NCBI GenBank assembly: GCA_964016885.1
Contig: OZ024740.1
Location: 357,492,001 to 357,556,000 of the forward strand
Reading direction: 5' to 3'
Source: Eledone cirrhosa
Lineage: Eukaryota
Length of the DNA: 64,000 bases
Shown: positions 26,115 to 39,694 of the stretch, piece after piece
Layout: each line of letters starts with the position of its first letter
How positions within the stretch are numbered: the stretch's first letter is position 1
Notes under the pieces: generated by a model
Seen by the model: the letters and a program-made list of their open reading frames with translations, nothing else
What the model was told of the DNA's origin: nothing
Database searches by the model: none
Made by a program: the position numbers and the translations under genes

Positions 26115-26532
26115 CGAAAATTAATAAACAAAATTTTGTCTTTTAATTTTCGGCAAAGCCGTCTGTAAAATCCTCAGTATGCAAATGAGGCTAATCAGCC
26201 GATGTATACAATTGGGAATACTATGTATTCTCAGCAGTTCGAGGGGGTAGCTAACCAGCAGAATACACAGTCTTAACAAGGAGAAAGACACACCGAAACA
26301 ATTGTCAATTGTCGATTGTTTTCTCTCAGCTACCGCTGGAACAAAAGGATGAAGTCTTTAATCTACCTCGTGGTGTTTTATGAAGCTGTTTACTTGTAAA
26401 CAAACCAAATATTAATAATATTACTAAAGTACCAGTAATGCACTAGATAATTGCTGACCTTGTGCCAAAAGTAGAAAAAATTATTATAGTATTACTATTA
26501 TTCACTCACCATACACACACACACACATACAT

Positions 26533-26586
<54 letters not shown>

Positions 26587-26693
26587 GTGATTACACAACA
26601 GTTAGTTCACCATACCGAGAACAGGAACAGGAAGATTATACGGAACAGGAAGGACAACCGGTTGTCCTTCTTGTTCCGTATAACCATGTCCAT

Positions 26694-26736
26694 TACGAGC
26701 TGAAGATCCGCTAAGGTGAAACAATTGTTCTCTGTA
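26694..26736 (+). ncRNA. Minimal type I hammerhead ribozyme in foldback 26582-26767
   Basis: TACGAG-CTGAAGA-tCC gctaa GGt-GAAA-CAATTG-TT-CTCtGTA; palindromic stem III. Confidence 0.7.
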
Positions 26737-26850
26737 TGGTGAACTAACTGTTGTGTAACCACTTCTACCTAACTCGTCCCATGAACTGAGTGCTCTACCA
26801 CTACGGATATTACCTTTCAGTGTTCTACCACTATATATATATATATATAT

Positions 26851-26978
26851 AGTTTTAATATAGATGAGATTCTACAGGACTAGAACTGTTTCATTCTTTA
26901 GAAATAATCAGGAATTCCTGATGATTTCTAAAGAATGAAACAGTTCTAGTCCTGTAGAATCTCATCTATATTAAAACT
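26851..26978. repeat. Palindrome (64-bp arms) carrying a hammerhead at 26914-26960 (+)
   Basis: Centre GAATTC; ATTC-CTGATGA..GAAA-CAG..CTG-TA-GAAT. Confidence 0.9.
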
Positions 26979-27044
26979 TTTATACTCTGCAATGTATTGA
27001 GTACCTTACTTACTGTGGTTACCTCCGATTCAACCCGGAATAAC

Positions 27045-27157
<113 letters not shown>

Positions 27158-27546
27158 TTTGTGTGTGTGTATGTGTATGGGTATATGTGTATGTATGAAC
27201 AGAAAGAAGGAGAGAGGGAGAGGGATACATTGCACACAAGCGCGCACTCATGTATGCATAAACACATGTTGCAAATGTGCAAACAGAAAAAATACTAGTG
27301 TTACGAGTGAGCCAACTGCAATGCTGAATGAACATGTGGAGTCAAACTAAATACATTGTCTGGGAAAGGTACCTGACAACATGTGTGTGTGTGTGTGTAG
27401 GTGCAGGCGTAGGAAATTATAAAAGAAACGGAAATAGTTGATCAGCCAGTACAAGAATAGTAGTAGATAATACTATCTCCAACTGGCTAATTTACTCTCT
27501 TTGACTCTTCCATTCTTTTTCCTTATTTGTTGTATACATACATACA

Positions 27547-27580
<34 letters not shown>

Positions 27581-27610
27581 CATACATACATACATACATA
27601 CATACATACA

Positions 27611-27640
<30 letters not shown>

Positions 27641-27641
<1 letters not shown>

Positions 27642-28333
27642 GTAACGGAATTCTCCTATAAATTTACCGGCGAAGATTCGAAACCGAATCTAAGCGTTCT
27701 CGCATCTGAGACCACCCATTATCGGGAAGTTCCCACGATTGTCCTGTCAAGAAACTATTATGATAAACGTACATACCACTTGGCCTGTGAACACAGCTTG
27801 GAGACAGGGGAAACACAAATGGTTGATCATAAATCAACCTCATATAAACATCCTTCTAGCTATAGCATTATTATAAATACAAGGACTTAGGGAATCCAGC
27901 AAGCAGAGACTACGAAGCAAGCAGTCCGTGTTAAGGTTAACAATGTAGCAGATATTTTACTCTTTCTCTCTCCTGGCCTTACTGGCTCTCACCTTCTCGG
28001 CCACAGACTACGCCACCTGACAAGAAAGACCGAAGCAGCAGTCCTTGAAGGGAATAACGAATACTAAGATACACACATACACACACACTCAGGTTCGATT
28101 ATACTGTTTACTTCTGTGTTTTATCTATTCTTGCGTCTTCCTGTTGAATTACTTATATTGTATCGTTGTATTGATACATGCATGCACGCTAGCTCGAAGT
28201 AGCTGGCCAGCAAATAATGTAGCGATAAATTTTGTCACATATTGTTATTGTAAAATAAACATTGTCAACATCACAATCATGGCATTATTCTTTTCATCAA
28301 ACATCCATCAAAGAATAACATTTATACGCCACA
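27641..28333 (+). mobile_element. Solo LTR in a (CATA)n tract
   Basis: TGT...ACA termini, CATA on both flanks, TATAAAT near 27872, AATAAA near 28254. Confidence 0.75.
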
Positions 28334-28795
28334 CATACATACATGATGGCTGCCCCTCGTTATCGACTATGGCCATTGCACGATATAACATTATTAATAA
28401 TTATCAATTAATGCTATCGAGCAATGCCTGTGCGAGAAGATATTTTTTTAAGTGAGGAAAGACTGTGCACTGAGCCAATCCCACTCTCTAAGCGACAGTA
28501 GCTATAACCCGAAAAGAAGAAAATATCAACATCATCGGTAACTACTGAACCGCAGGTTTTATGTCGGAGTTATCCCAGTTTCCTAGAAGAATGCCCTGAC
28601 AAAGGCTAGGGGTCCTTCACTCCCAGTAGTTTAACTGCTCGATTGGGTATCCAGCTCGATTATCCAGCCCGATCTACATACATACATACAAACATACAAA
28701 CATGCATACATATAAACATCCACATCCACAAACACACCTTGCGCGCATACACATGTATAAGTTAGAACACACATATATATATATATATATATTAT

Positions 28796-29233
28796 TCTCT
28801 CCAACGTCGCTGTGAGCGTTACATAATTTGCATGATGTGGAAAATATTCCATCAGCATTGGCCAAATGATGTTGGCATCACCTTTAAGGTACACCCAAGG
28901 CATGGGCCCGGTGCTATCCGCCCACAACAAAAATCACACTCGCATCTCATAACAATAATACGGCACAATTATTTCACCTCTCTTTAACATTACACCAAAA
29001 CTCATTAAAACAGAAACAGACCCTATAAAGTTCAAGAAGTCTTTGGACAAAATACTTCAAGAAATCCCGGATAAACCTCCAACACCCGGATATGTTTCCG
29101 TAAACAATAACTTTATACTTCAATGCGCTATGATGTCCAAATCCAGATTTGAAAGACTTCCCCAGGTTGTACTATTAAGTTAGACATGATGGCTTGGGCC
29201 AATACTGGTCTAAACCTACTTAAGTTATCAACG

Positions 29234-29235
<2 letters not shown>
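28796..29235 (+). mobile_element. CR1-group LINE 3' fragment
   Basis: Colinear with 51950-52380. Confidence 0.85.
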
Positions 29236-29293
<58 letters not shown>

Positions 29294-30227
29294 ATACAAT
29301 AACAGAGATAGTTTAAAGCTAAACTCTGACTGGTAACCATCTCACTCAACAAACATTAGGTTATATTAAAATATAAACCCAATTTAAGTGTTTGGGGTGC
29401 TAACAATATGTATAATGTGGAAAAACCAGTTGTATTATTTTATGAGATATAATTAAAGTTAAAGTATATCTCTCTTTCCAAACAATTGTTTCATTATAAG
29501 TTTTCTACAAGTTTGGGAGAATGTTTCCAGTTTATGTAGAAGCCTAATATATATTCATGTAAGAGTATATTTAGGTGGGCACTTATAAATCATCAGTGGA
29601 AGCCCATTAAACATTGAAATAAGAAAACAATTTCTTACCGCTGTCAAAAATCATGTCCGTAAAGTTGCTCTCTCTCACCTCGAATGACCGCCAAATTTGA
29701 AATTCCAGCAGTTTTTGACTGAGGAAGTATCATAGCGACACGAAGCGGGAAGAGGAGACAACCCACGATCCACGAAATGAGGAAAAAAATAATATACACG
29801 CGGGTTAATTAGTTTTTTTGAAAACATTATCAATCCAACGTGTTTAAGAACTCAATTGAAAATAAAAAAATAAATATATGCTTGTATAAATTACACACAC
29901 ATATAGATATTTTATAGGCTAAATCAGAAGTTGTACCCGAATAAGAACCGCTTCTCATAACCGCAGTAAATGCAGAAAGTTATGCTATAAAGGGCAAATG
30001 GGAATATAATTCTCCGGCCGAATTATTAAGAGTAAAATATAAAACACACGCGGGTTAATTAGTTATTTCAAAACCAATATTAATTCCTCGTGTAAAGAAC
30101 TCAATTAATAAAAGAAAATAAATATATATATATATATATATGGAAAGTTATATTTAAATTGTTGGGTTACAACTAGTAAATATTTATAACTGATATAAAA
30201 GCACTCAACAAGTATTTGGAGTATATT

Positions 30228-30595
30228 TACGATATTAAATAAATGGAAACTATATTTATAAAACCATATCTATTTCATTATATATATTTCAGGGATATCA
30301 TATTAACAATATGTTATGCCTTCCTCAGACAAAATACAATATAGACAGTTTTATAGATAAATAGATTTGACATACCGTTCAACATCGACTTGTATTTGAA
30401 AAAGTTGGACTGCCAAATCAACTTTTTCAAATACAAGTCGATGTTGAACGGTATGTCAAATCTATTTATCTATAAAACTGTCTATATTGTATTTTGTCTG
30501 AGGAAGGCATAACATATTGTTAATATGATATCCCTGAAATATATATAATGAAATAGATATGGTTTTATAAATATAGTTTCCATTTATTTAATATC

Positions 30596-30598
<3 letters not shown>
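30228..30598. repeat. Palindrome (180-bp arms, 11-nt loop) with mirrored hammerheads
   Basis: Arms 30228-30407 and 30419-30598. Confidence 0.95.
30490..30555 (+). ncRNA. Type I hammerhead ribozyme (mirror at 30271-30336, -)
   Basis: TATTTTGT-CTGAGGA-AGG..CCT-GAAA-TATATA-TA-ATGAAATA. Confidence 0.75.
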
Positions 30599-30640
<42 letters not shown>

Positions 30641-30646
<6 letters not shown>

Positions 30647-30953
30647 ATCAAAAGATGGTTAAAAGTGTTCCATGTGTTTTATTATGCGCATTTCAAAAAC
30701 AAATATCGTCATGGGATGATATTTGCGTTCTCATCAGATAAAATAGGGAGACATGATATGAAGCTTAAAAAACACTTGCGAGCAGTGAAGTGTTAAATCT
30801 ACATCTTCACTGCTCGCAAGTGTTTTTTAAGCTTCATATCATTTCTCCCAATTTTATCTGATGAGAACGCAAATATCATCCCATGACGATATTTGTTTTT
30901 GAAATGCGCATAATAAAATACATGGAACTCTTTTAACCATCTTTGATCTTATA
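30641..30953. repeat. Palindrome (~150-bp arms, 14-nt loop) with mirrored hammerheads
   Basis: Arms 30641-30790 and 30805-30953, with a few mismatches. Confidence 0.95.
30851..30919 (+). ncRNA. Type I hammerhead ribozyme (mirror at 30676-30744, -)
   Basis: ATTTTAT-CTGATGA-long stem II (GCAAATATC/GATATTTGT)-GAAA-TGCGCA-TA-ATAAAAT. Confidence 0.85.
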
Positions 30954-31039
30954 TTATTTATACTCCAGTCCTATAAACTGTTGAGTGCTACTTATCCGAT
31001 ATTTGCATTGCTTTATTGTGCTACAATAAAACTCACCTC

Positions 31040-31188
<149 letters not shown>

Positions 31189-31261
31189 TACATATATACA
31201 TATATACAGATATATATATATACATATACACACATATATATATATATATATACATATATAC

Positions 31262-31372
<111 letters not shown>

Positions 31373-31395
31373 TATTTATATACATATATACATAC

Positions 31396-31428
<33 letters not shown>

Positions 31429-31575
31429 TTTTGAGTTTATGTTGGTTGTATACCAACACCTCAGTATGCAGGCTGGAGCACTCGGCGAAGTGCGCAGGTT
31501 GGTTTGGTTACTCCGGAGTAGTGTAAAATAAAGTTAAATAAAAAGTCAAATGATTAAAATTTAGCTTCGTTTATT

Positions 31576-31630
31576 ACTGCTATATATATTTCAGTGACAG
31601 CCATCTTTGGCTGTGACCTCTTCAGGCAGT
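31576..31630 (-). ncRNA. Type I hammerhead ribozyme of the PLE pseudo-LTR (mirror at 35824-35878, +)
   Basis: ACTGC-CTGAAGA-GGTCACAGCCA aaga TGGCTGTCACT-GAAA-TATATA-TA-GCAGT. Confidence 0.9.
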
Positions 31631-32621
31631 TTGAAATAGTATGGTATAGACAAGTACATATGTTGTTGAGGTGTATAATATTGTCAATACTCTGATATGC
31701 CCAGTTCCTAGTTGGGTTGTTATTTCACTGAGGAACTGGAATCATATGAATTCAAACAAACGAATTTCAGTGTCAAAGGTCCTCTTCTCCTCTCATTGGT
31801 CAGTTATTAGAACATTCCTCATTCTAAGTGTTGTTATTGTTGGAGTTAGCTTAAAAAATTGATAAAATGATAGAAGGGACAAGGTGTTAAAGGAACAAAA
31901 TAACAAACAAAGTGTCAAACTTCCCATTGGTCAGTTCTGAGAGTATTCCTCAGTCAGAAGTCTATAGAATTCTTTCTGGGGTGAGGCTCCCTGTAGTGTT
32001 TTTGTTTGCTATTGTTAAGTACATTTGACCTCTACCATTATTTTGGTAGTGTTGTTGGTGTTGTGGTCAGCTTATATCTCGCTGCTGCTAACAATTTAGA
32101 AGTATCCAGTGTGTGGTTTTTCTTCATCCCTCCTGCCACCATCTCTCATAGTGATGGTGGTGGTGGGGTTTCTTCCATGTATATGAAGAAATATAAGGCA
32201 ATAAATGAAGAAAACAGAAAATAAATAAATAATATAATAAAATAATTAATATAATTTGTATAATTTGAAAATAAATAAATAAATAGAGAATAAAGAATAA
32301 AGAATCAATGAAAAATTGGTGAAAAAGTAATGAAAATGAATATGGAGAAGTGAAAAATAATGTAGGATAAAGTGTGTGTGTGCTATAACCAATCTCAAGG
32401 TCAGAAATATGTTGGATAGATTGGTATGAGGACAAGATATTAAGATAAGATAAGATAATCAAACTAAATGTGTTTGTGTTATAATCAATCTCAACTTAAA
32501 AATAAATATAAGGTGATACAGTGAAGAGGGCAGAAAACAAATAACAAATTAATAAAGAGAAATCAAGATTTAAAATTGGAACTTGAAAATCAGAAATCTA
32601 GTAAATTAAAAAGTGTTTGTG

Positions 32622-35503
32622 TTATATAGATGTTGGCCAAATTATAATGGCTGTGTCCGATTCTATCTCTAGGCTATCCTGGTGTCTGCTCAGCCTGGGT
32701 TGTTCCCTATGGCTTGAGGGGAGTTCACAACCTAGGGTGTTGTTACTGCCCATATAGCTTGAAGGGAGGTCTGGCCGAGAGGTGTTTTCATGTTCTGTAG
32801 AAGTCCCTATAGCTTGAGGGGAGTTCACATCTTGTGTTGCTACTGTCCATATATCTTGAGAAAGGTCCCGGCTCTAAGGTGTCTGCATGTCCCGAAGAAG
32901 TCGGTTCTGAGGTTTATCAGGCCGCTTCCACCTCTTAGTATCTCGAGGGTCTCGTTTAGGCATAGTTTGCATATGCAAGATCCCCCTTTATCGGGTGGTA
33001 CTTTCCTGATTATGTACCAGGCCAGAGAGTATGGGGTCCTGTCCAGCTTAAGCTTCCAGATCAGGTCGGAGAGAGCTGTGCTTTTCCTTTTGGCCTCCTT
33101 CTTGAATGAATGGCGATGGTTGTACCAGCGGTCTTTAAAGCTCGTTGATGTGGATCCTATGTAGAGGTGTTCGGAGTCGGGGGGGGGGGGGGGGGGGGTA
33201 ACCCTACAACCGTATACTAGGTTCTTCTTGAGGCATTACCAAGGGGGCATGATTTGGGGTTTCTGCAGTTGCAGAGGGTGGTCGGCCTCTGCGTGCCTAG
33301 ATTAGTATTCCCGTTATGTGTTACATGTTGGTCTTCCCCCAGGCTCGGTGGGGGGTCCTCAGGTCTGTTTGGGTTTCTTGGGTGGGCTCTGGGTCCCCCC
33401 TTCCCTCCTTGCACATGGTTCTGCTGAGTGTTTGTATTGCCATCTTCTGGTTGTGTGTGGTTTTTAAGCCTACTTCTGTTGATGCTAGCTATGTGTTGGG
33501 CCAAATTTCTCGTGGTGGAATACGAGAGCTTCACAGTGTGTCTGTTAAAGATCCTGTGGTATCTGTGGTCCCTCGGGAAGCATTTGTCAAGTGCTCCAAA
33601 GAATAATCGGGCCAAGCTTTTCTTTAGGGACGCTGAGTAGGGTGGGTTGTACCACGTGATTTTTCGGTGTCTCCTCCTATATGTGTGGGTCGGGGGCGTC
33701 GTGATTTGTTGGAGATTTGTTGGGTTGCTGGTGGTTTCCGCACTGTTGCTTCCCCTTTGGGCTCTATGCTTTTTGTTATCTTCGCGGCCCGAATTTGTGG
33801 GGTGGTCGTTGTCCATCGTGGAGTGGTGCCCCCCCCTACGTGTCCTGCGATTGGGGTCGTCTGTCCTGGGGTGGTTAGCGTCACGCCTGAGACTGCTACT
33901 CATATTGTGCTCCATCTCGTGGTCAAGCGCACTAGTCCCCACCGCCCGTGTGGTGGTGTCGGGCACATGGTGCCTATTTGATTCTGCTCTGCCTGTATTG
34001 TTAGGGTTCGCCCCCCCCCCCCCGGGAAACGCGGTTGTGGGTGTCTGTTGGGCTATCCCCATCCCGGCTTTTCGGACTATATGTTATATTTTGGCCATGT
34101 GCCGCCTTCTTTAGAGCTGCGTTGTAATATTCCGCGTGGTTATTGAATATTTCCTTACTTGCGGACAGGCTGGAGATCCTGTCGGAGACACTCTTCACCA
34201 CTGCCTTGGTTATGGATCTAGGGTAGTTTGATTTGGCGTTAACATATACGAGTTTCTCGTTGGGCTTGTGGTAGGGGTAGTATTGCTCGGTGTTCAGGTT
34301 TAGGGTGGTGTCTAGGAAGTTAACTACCTTCCTATTTGGGTCTATTTCTATGCTGAGCCCTTGGTTCTTAAAGAAATGGCGAATACGCCTCCTCATACCC
34401 TCCAACATATTGGTGCTGTGGTCATATACTGTGAATAGAGCATCGTCACGATATAATCCGCCGCCCAGGCAGGAGATTTCATCTTTTATCTGCTTCAGCA
34501 GGTAGAGCCCAACCAGGTCCGTTACCTGCGCTGAGTCGCTGGAGCCCATCGTGATGTCAAAGTTATTTGGCCAATCACTCCTGGTCCAAAGGTCTCCATC
34601 GAAGCGGATTAAGGTCTTTCTTGCGGCGTGGATGATGCTCACCTCCTCTCGGGTTAGGTCCGTATTGGACATCGCTAAAAATAGGGCCTTATTAAGTACT
34701 ATAGGTGAGATTGAGGAGTAGTAGCTTGCGATGTCCAGTTGTATAAAGCTGGTCCTACTTTTCTCATGCAGTATTTTAAACCATTCTATTACTTCTCCCG
34801 TGCATGACCATTGCTGTAATTTAGTTTTCTTCCGAAGCTTGGGCAAAATCCTATCCAGTATTCTTTTACTGACGATCCCTAGGTCAGATCTGGAGGGGGA
34901 TATTAGTCTGACAGGGAGGTCGGACTCAAAGTTTGGCTTGTGGTCTTTAAGGGTAATCCGCGGCTCCCTTGGTTGGTATGGGGCCGTCCTGTCCTCTATG
35001 CCGATTCTGGATATAATCCTGTAAGCTGTGGCATTGATCTCATCCAGGGTAAATCCAGGTGTTTTTTGTAGCATTTCCTCAGTTCCCTGAGGATTATCTT
35101 ATTGTACAGTTCAGTGTTCATGTTGTAGAGGTTGTTTGTTTTGTCAGCATGGACAAGTATTCTAGTTGTCCCTTTAAGTACTGTAATCCGGTTTCTCAGG
35201 TGTCTGAGGTACTCCTGACTTCTGGTTGGGTTTCCGGAGAATTTGAGGTTGGATATGATGTTAATCATCTCGTTTTCAAACTCCTCCATTAGTCTGTTGT
35301 GGGGGGGGATTCCTCCTTGATCTAAAAAGGTACTCCATGTTTTGTGTGTTGGTAATGTTCTGCGTTCCTCTTTCGAAGTGGAACACCTTCCATCTCATCC
35401 TACGGACGAGGGAGTCCGTACTCTTGATGAGATCACTGGTGTATTCTCGTTTATCAGGTAGGGGGATGTCCTTCAGTGACGCTAAGGTTGCCAGTTTATC
35501 CAT
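32622..35503 (-). pseudogene. PLE RT + GIY-YIG ORF broken by several frameshifts, some in homopolymers
   Basis: Motifs RRMRWK; VHADKTNNLY; ITLKDHKPNF; FDITMGS; GLYRDD; ITWYNPPYS; CNCRNPKSCPL; LVY..LYIGST..FKDRWYNH..CKLCLNE..CRH. Confidence 0.9.
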
Positions 35504-35941
35504 AGTGACTTAGGTCCGCTACTGTTTGAAGCGCTCAACCCGTGTGGGAGCTAGATAGATTTTGAGTTTATGTTAGTTGTATACCAACACCTCAATTTTT
35601 TAATCTAACTCCAACATTAACAACACTTAGAATGAGGAATGTTCTAATAACTGACCAATGAGAGGAGAAGAGGACCTTTGACACTGAAATTCGTTTGTTT
35701 GAATTCATATGATTCCAGTTCCTCAGTGAAATAACAACTCAACCAGGAACTGGGCATATCAGAGTATTGACAATATTATACACCTCAACAACATATGTAC
35801 TTGTCTATACCATACTAATTCAAACTGCCTGAAGAGGTCACAGCCAAAGATGGCTGTCACTGAAATATATATAGCAGTAATAAACGAAGCTAAATTTTAA
35901 TCATTTGACTTTTTATTTAACTTTATTTTATATATATATAA

Positions 35942-36028
<87 letters not shown>

Positions 36029-37195
36029 AGTGTCAATAATAACGGTAAATATATTTATCGTAGTTAGTTCAATAAACCGCAAAATCAAATATATGGTTGC
36101 GAGTAAGCATCGTTCGCACGACACGAAAGTAGCTTTAAACATAAATGGAAAACGGCTTGCAAATCCTGGTGCAGAAAAAACACCACAATAAGTTGTGACG
36201 TGGTTGGAAGCTAGCAATCATATATGGACAAGTCTTTAAACTTGGTCACATAAACGATTAGAAAACTACAAAACAGAAGATTCTGCCTCGACGACTCCAT
36301 TGGTATCAGCAAAGAAGATGACTAGTTCAAGAAGTGAATTTATGAAAAATAATGGAAGGCATACTTGCTATATGTTTGGCAACGGGGTGCAACGTTGCAT
36401 GCCACTAAACCAACATGTATACAATACAATCAAGATACGATGCAGACAGATCGAACCCCTGACCTAATGATTGCAAAGCAAAATTATTAACCACTCAGCC
36501 AAGCTGCATCCACAGTGACAGACCTGCCTACCTCTAAAAACCCAAACGGGCAGTACCATGGAACAAAGTGCCCCAAAACGGGGAGAAATGAGGCAAAATG
36601 GGGAGATTTTACATAATGAAAGCTATGCCCATTTTTACGATAGATGAAATCTCTCAACCACCCCAAAAAGGGTGGAAGATCTCCGCGTTGGTCGAGGAGA
36701 GTTGACAGGTCTGCAGTGATATAGCAGACAATAATGCATCTACCTTGCAACATACTGGTGTGGAAAGCCTTATGGTTAACAAGCAAAGTAGTTATTTTTT
36801 TATTGTTATTAGGTATAGTTTATAATGTATCAGCTGCACCGTTCAAGGTATGTGAGCTGTGACCCAACATGAGTAACATATGTGCTCTGAAGAAGCTGTG
36901 TAACTTTTTGTGGAGGGCATAGCATTGAATGCGATGACAGGACAAACAAAAGGAGTTAATCAAGCAGATTTTCTCATGTTATTAACTTCTACAAGGTGGT
37001 AGTGAAGATGTATTCAAATCACCTTCTAAAATACAAACATTTGTACATAGGTGCGCCTGTCTATGCGGACGTTTACACACACATATATATATATGTGTAT
37101 ATATATGTGTGTGTATATATATATATTATATATATATATATATATGTATATGTGTGTGTGTGTGTGTGCGTGTGTGTGTATTGTTACACAGCTAA

Positions 37196-37232
<37 letters not shown>

Positions 37233-37338
37233 TAGCTGAGGTACCCGGTAATACCCGGGAGAGGGAGTATTCCCAGTTCCCATTAAAATGGCCAATGCCT
37301 CGCAGACCAAAAATGTAATCAAAATATAGGACAGATAA

Positions 37339-39313
37339 CACCGTGTAACATATTTTTTGTTCCCCGGTTCTAAGTGTCATTTCATGGTTTGTTATATCCC
37401 ATTATTATGAAAAAACACTATTATTTAATCAGAAGTTTGGGTTTGTGGTCAGGAGTTTGATATTTTGAAATTTTCACATTTTTCAAGAAAAAAAACATTG
37501 TTTTTAATTTATCAGTTCATATAATTAAATCAACAAAGTATATATTTATTTTATTACACAAGCTTATCAAAAGCAAACGAGTAAAAACAAATAACATTTA
37601 TAAAGCAACGTATACACGTCAGAAATTACTGGATTTCCTGGATTTGCGGTTGTAGTCCAGGTTGCATTCCCACACTAGCCCCCAGATATAGTCCCCCATC
37701 ATTTTTTCATTGTAGTGGCCCTGGTACCTCCGCTCTATCTCTTTCACATCTTGGTGGAATCGTTCACCTTGTTCTTCTGAGTAGGCGCCCATAGTGTCCT
37801 TGAAGTTTTCCAGGTGAGTGTCCAGCATATGGAGTTTAAGCGACATCCTGCATCCCATGGCGCCAAAAGCCTTTATCAGATCCTGCACCAGTTGCTGGTA
37901 GTTTTCAGCTCTGTAGTTGCCCAGGAATCCATTAACAACTGCCTTGAAACAGTTCCATGCTGTTCTCTCAATCCTATTGAGCTTATTGGAGAACTCGGTA
38001 GACTCAAACACCTTCTTTATCTGAGGTCCAACAAAAATTCCACCTTTGATTTTGGTCTCAGATAACTTGTGGAAGAACTCAAGAAGGTACTTAAAAGCGG
38101 CTGATTCTTGGTTGAGAGCCTTCACAAACTGCTTCATCAACCCCAACTTAATGTGCAGTGGCGGCATGAGCACAATCCTGGGATCAATCAGTGGCTCCCA
38201 CATGACGTTCCGGGTCCCAACTACAAATTCTGTTCGCTGCTCCCAGTTCTTTCTTTTGTAGTGGTCAGAGGGGGCTCTGCTGTCCCAAAGGCAGAGGAAG
38301 CATTGGAATTTGATAAAGCCTCTTTGGAGTCTAAGCAGGAAAGCCACCATCTTAAAGTCTCCAATGATTTCCCAATTGTACTGGTTGTATTGCAGAGCTT
38401 CCAAGAGGACTTTCACACTGTAGTAATCTTCCTTCAGGCAGACTGAATGCGCTAGGGGTAGTGTCGAGAACTTGTTTCCATTGTGGAGGAGGACAGCTTT
38501 CAAACTTGTGGTGGAGCTGTCTATAAACAGCTGCCACTCTTTGGGCACAAACGGCACCCCAATAACGTCAAACAGTCCAGGCACGTCATGGCAGAAGCAG
38601 AGGCCATCCCTAAGAGTGTAAAAGCCTGAGAAAGGTTCGTATCAACTTCTCTGACTTGTCACCTGCACTTCCTCCTTGACCAAGTTCCACTGCTTCATCC
38701 TGGATTGGACTTGGTAAGACCCATATCCCTGACCAAGTCATTGACTTCTTTGGGGTTGGGGAAGTGAAGAACTTTTTCTGGTACCTCAAGCAGGTAATCC
38801 AAGTCCTCAGCATCCATCTCCTCCTCTTCATCAGAATACTTGTTTTGGAAAATAAATTTGATATGCAATACAAAATAAATATTGGAAAGAGCAATACATA
38901 TTTAAATAATATAAAAGAACACTAATCATACTAATGAAAATTCGTGCTTAAAACACAACTTACCCTTTATTCAGGGTGCGAAAATCCAGTATCAATAAAT
39001 CTCTTTAATTCACTTTTTAACAATATTATACTTTATTGCACTTTTATAATTTTCTTTAGGCATTACTCTTTATTTTATAATTTTAATTTAACCTGAAACA
39101 TATATAAAATAAATCATTTAACATAAGCAAATTAAACTTACATACAACGTAAAATCCAGCATACAAATAATTCTAGTGAATAGCTTAGAATTTTTACAAA
39201 CCCAAACTTTTAACTGTTTAATAGCACTCCTTTATTTATTTGGGACCTAAGCAACACAAAAAAAGTGAGTACAAGCCAGGAACAGAGCAAAAAAAAATTT
39301 TTGTTACACGGTG
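37339..39313 (-). mobile_element. Chapaev3 (CMC) DNA transposon, internally deleted
   Basis: TIRs CACCGTGTAACA and 3-bp TSD TAA (37336-37338, 39314-39316), matching the CAC termini and TWA TSD known for Chapaev3. Confidence 0.9.
37619..38780 (-). pseudogene. Chapaev3 transposase, catalytic part
   Basis: WQLFIDSS..SLKAVLLHNGN..GDFK..CFLCLWDSR..PPLHIKLGLMKQFVKAL..SEEQGERFHQD. Open for 321 aa; N-terminus deleted. Confidence 0.85.
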
Positions 39314-39694
39314 TAATCAAAAGCGAAGACAAATTCATTTACGAAACAATAATACAAACAAATATTGTTGATTGCATTGGTCAGGCGAAAAAATGTTTGT
39401 CAGAGAAGTGGAGTGTTGCTATAAGGAAAAAAATAGAACCCCCATTAGGGGGTTTCATTGCTGAAATTGTGTGCATAGGCATCACATCTGGTTTAAATTT
39501 CATATAAATCGAAGGGAAAAATAAAGCGGGGATTTGAACCCCCGGGGAACCCTTTGATTAAAATGAACTATACGTAAGAAATCAAATGGGTATGAGCCCC
39601 ACACACGTGTCAAGTTTCATCAAGATCTGTTTGGTAGATTTTGAGTTTTAAGTTCACAAACAAGCAAACAGACATAAATTGCCATTTATGTATG

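Larger units (their letters stand above)
31426..35930 (-). mobile_element. Near full-length Nematis-like Penelope element with inverted pseudo-LTR
   Basis: Inverted arms 31524-31862 and 35592-35930; 38-bp direct repeat 31426-31463 and 35557-35594; microsatellite flanks. Confidence 0.93.
37232..39690 (-). mobile_element. Non-autonomous Helitron split by a Chapaev3 insertion
   Basis: Minus-strand 3' hairpin CCCGGGTATTACCGGG, then 8 nt and CTAG|T at 37232. The 5' part (39317-39690) resembles the other Helitron 5' regions; its end is approximate. Confidence 0.65.

Noticed and set aside
29350-29600. Possible PLE GIY-YIG relic
   Set aside because: Motifs are fragmentary and interrupted by stops.
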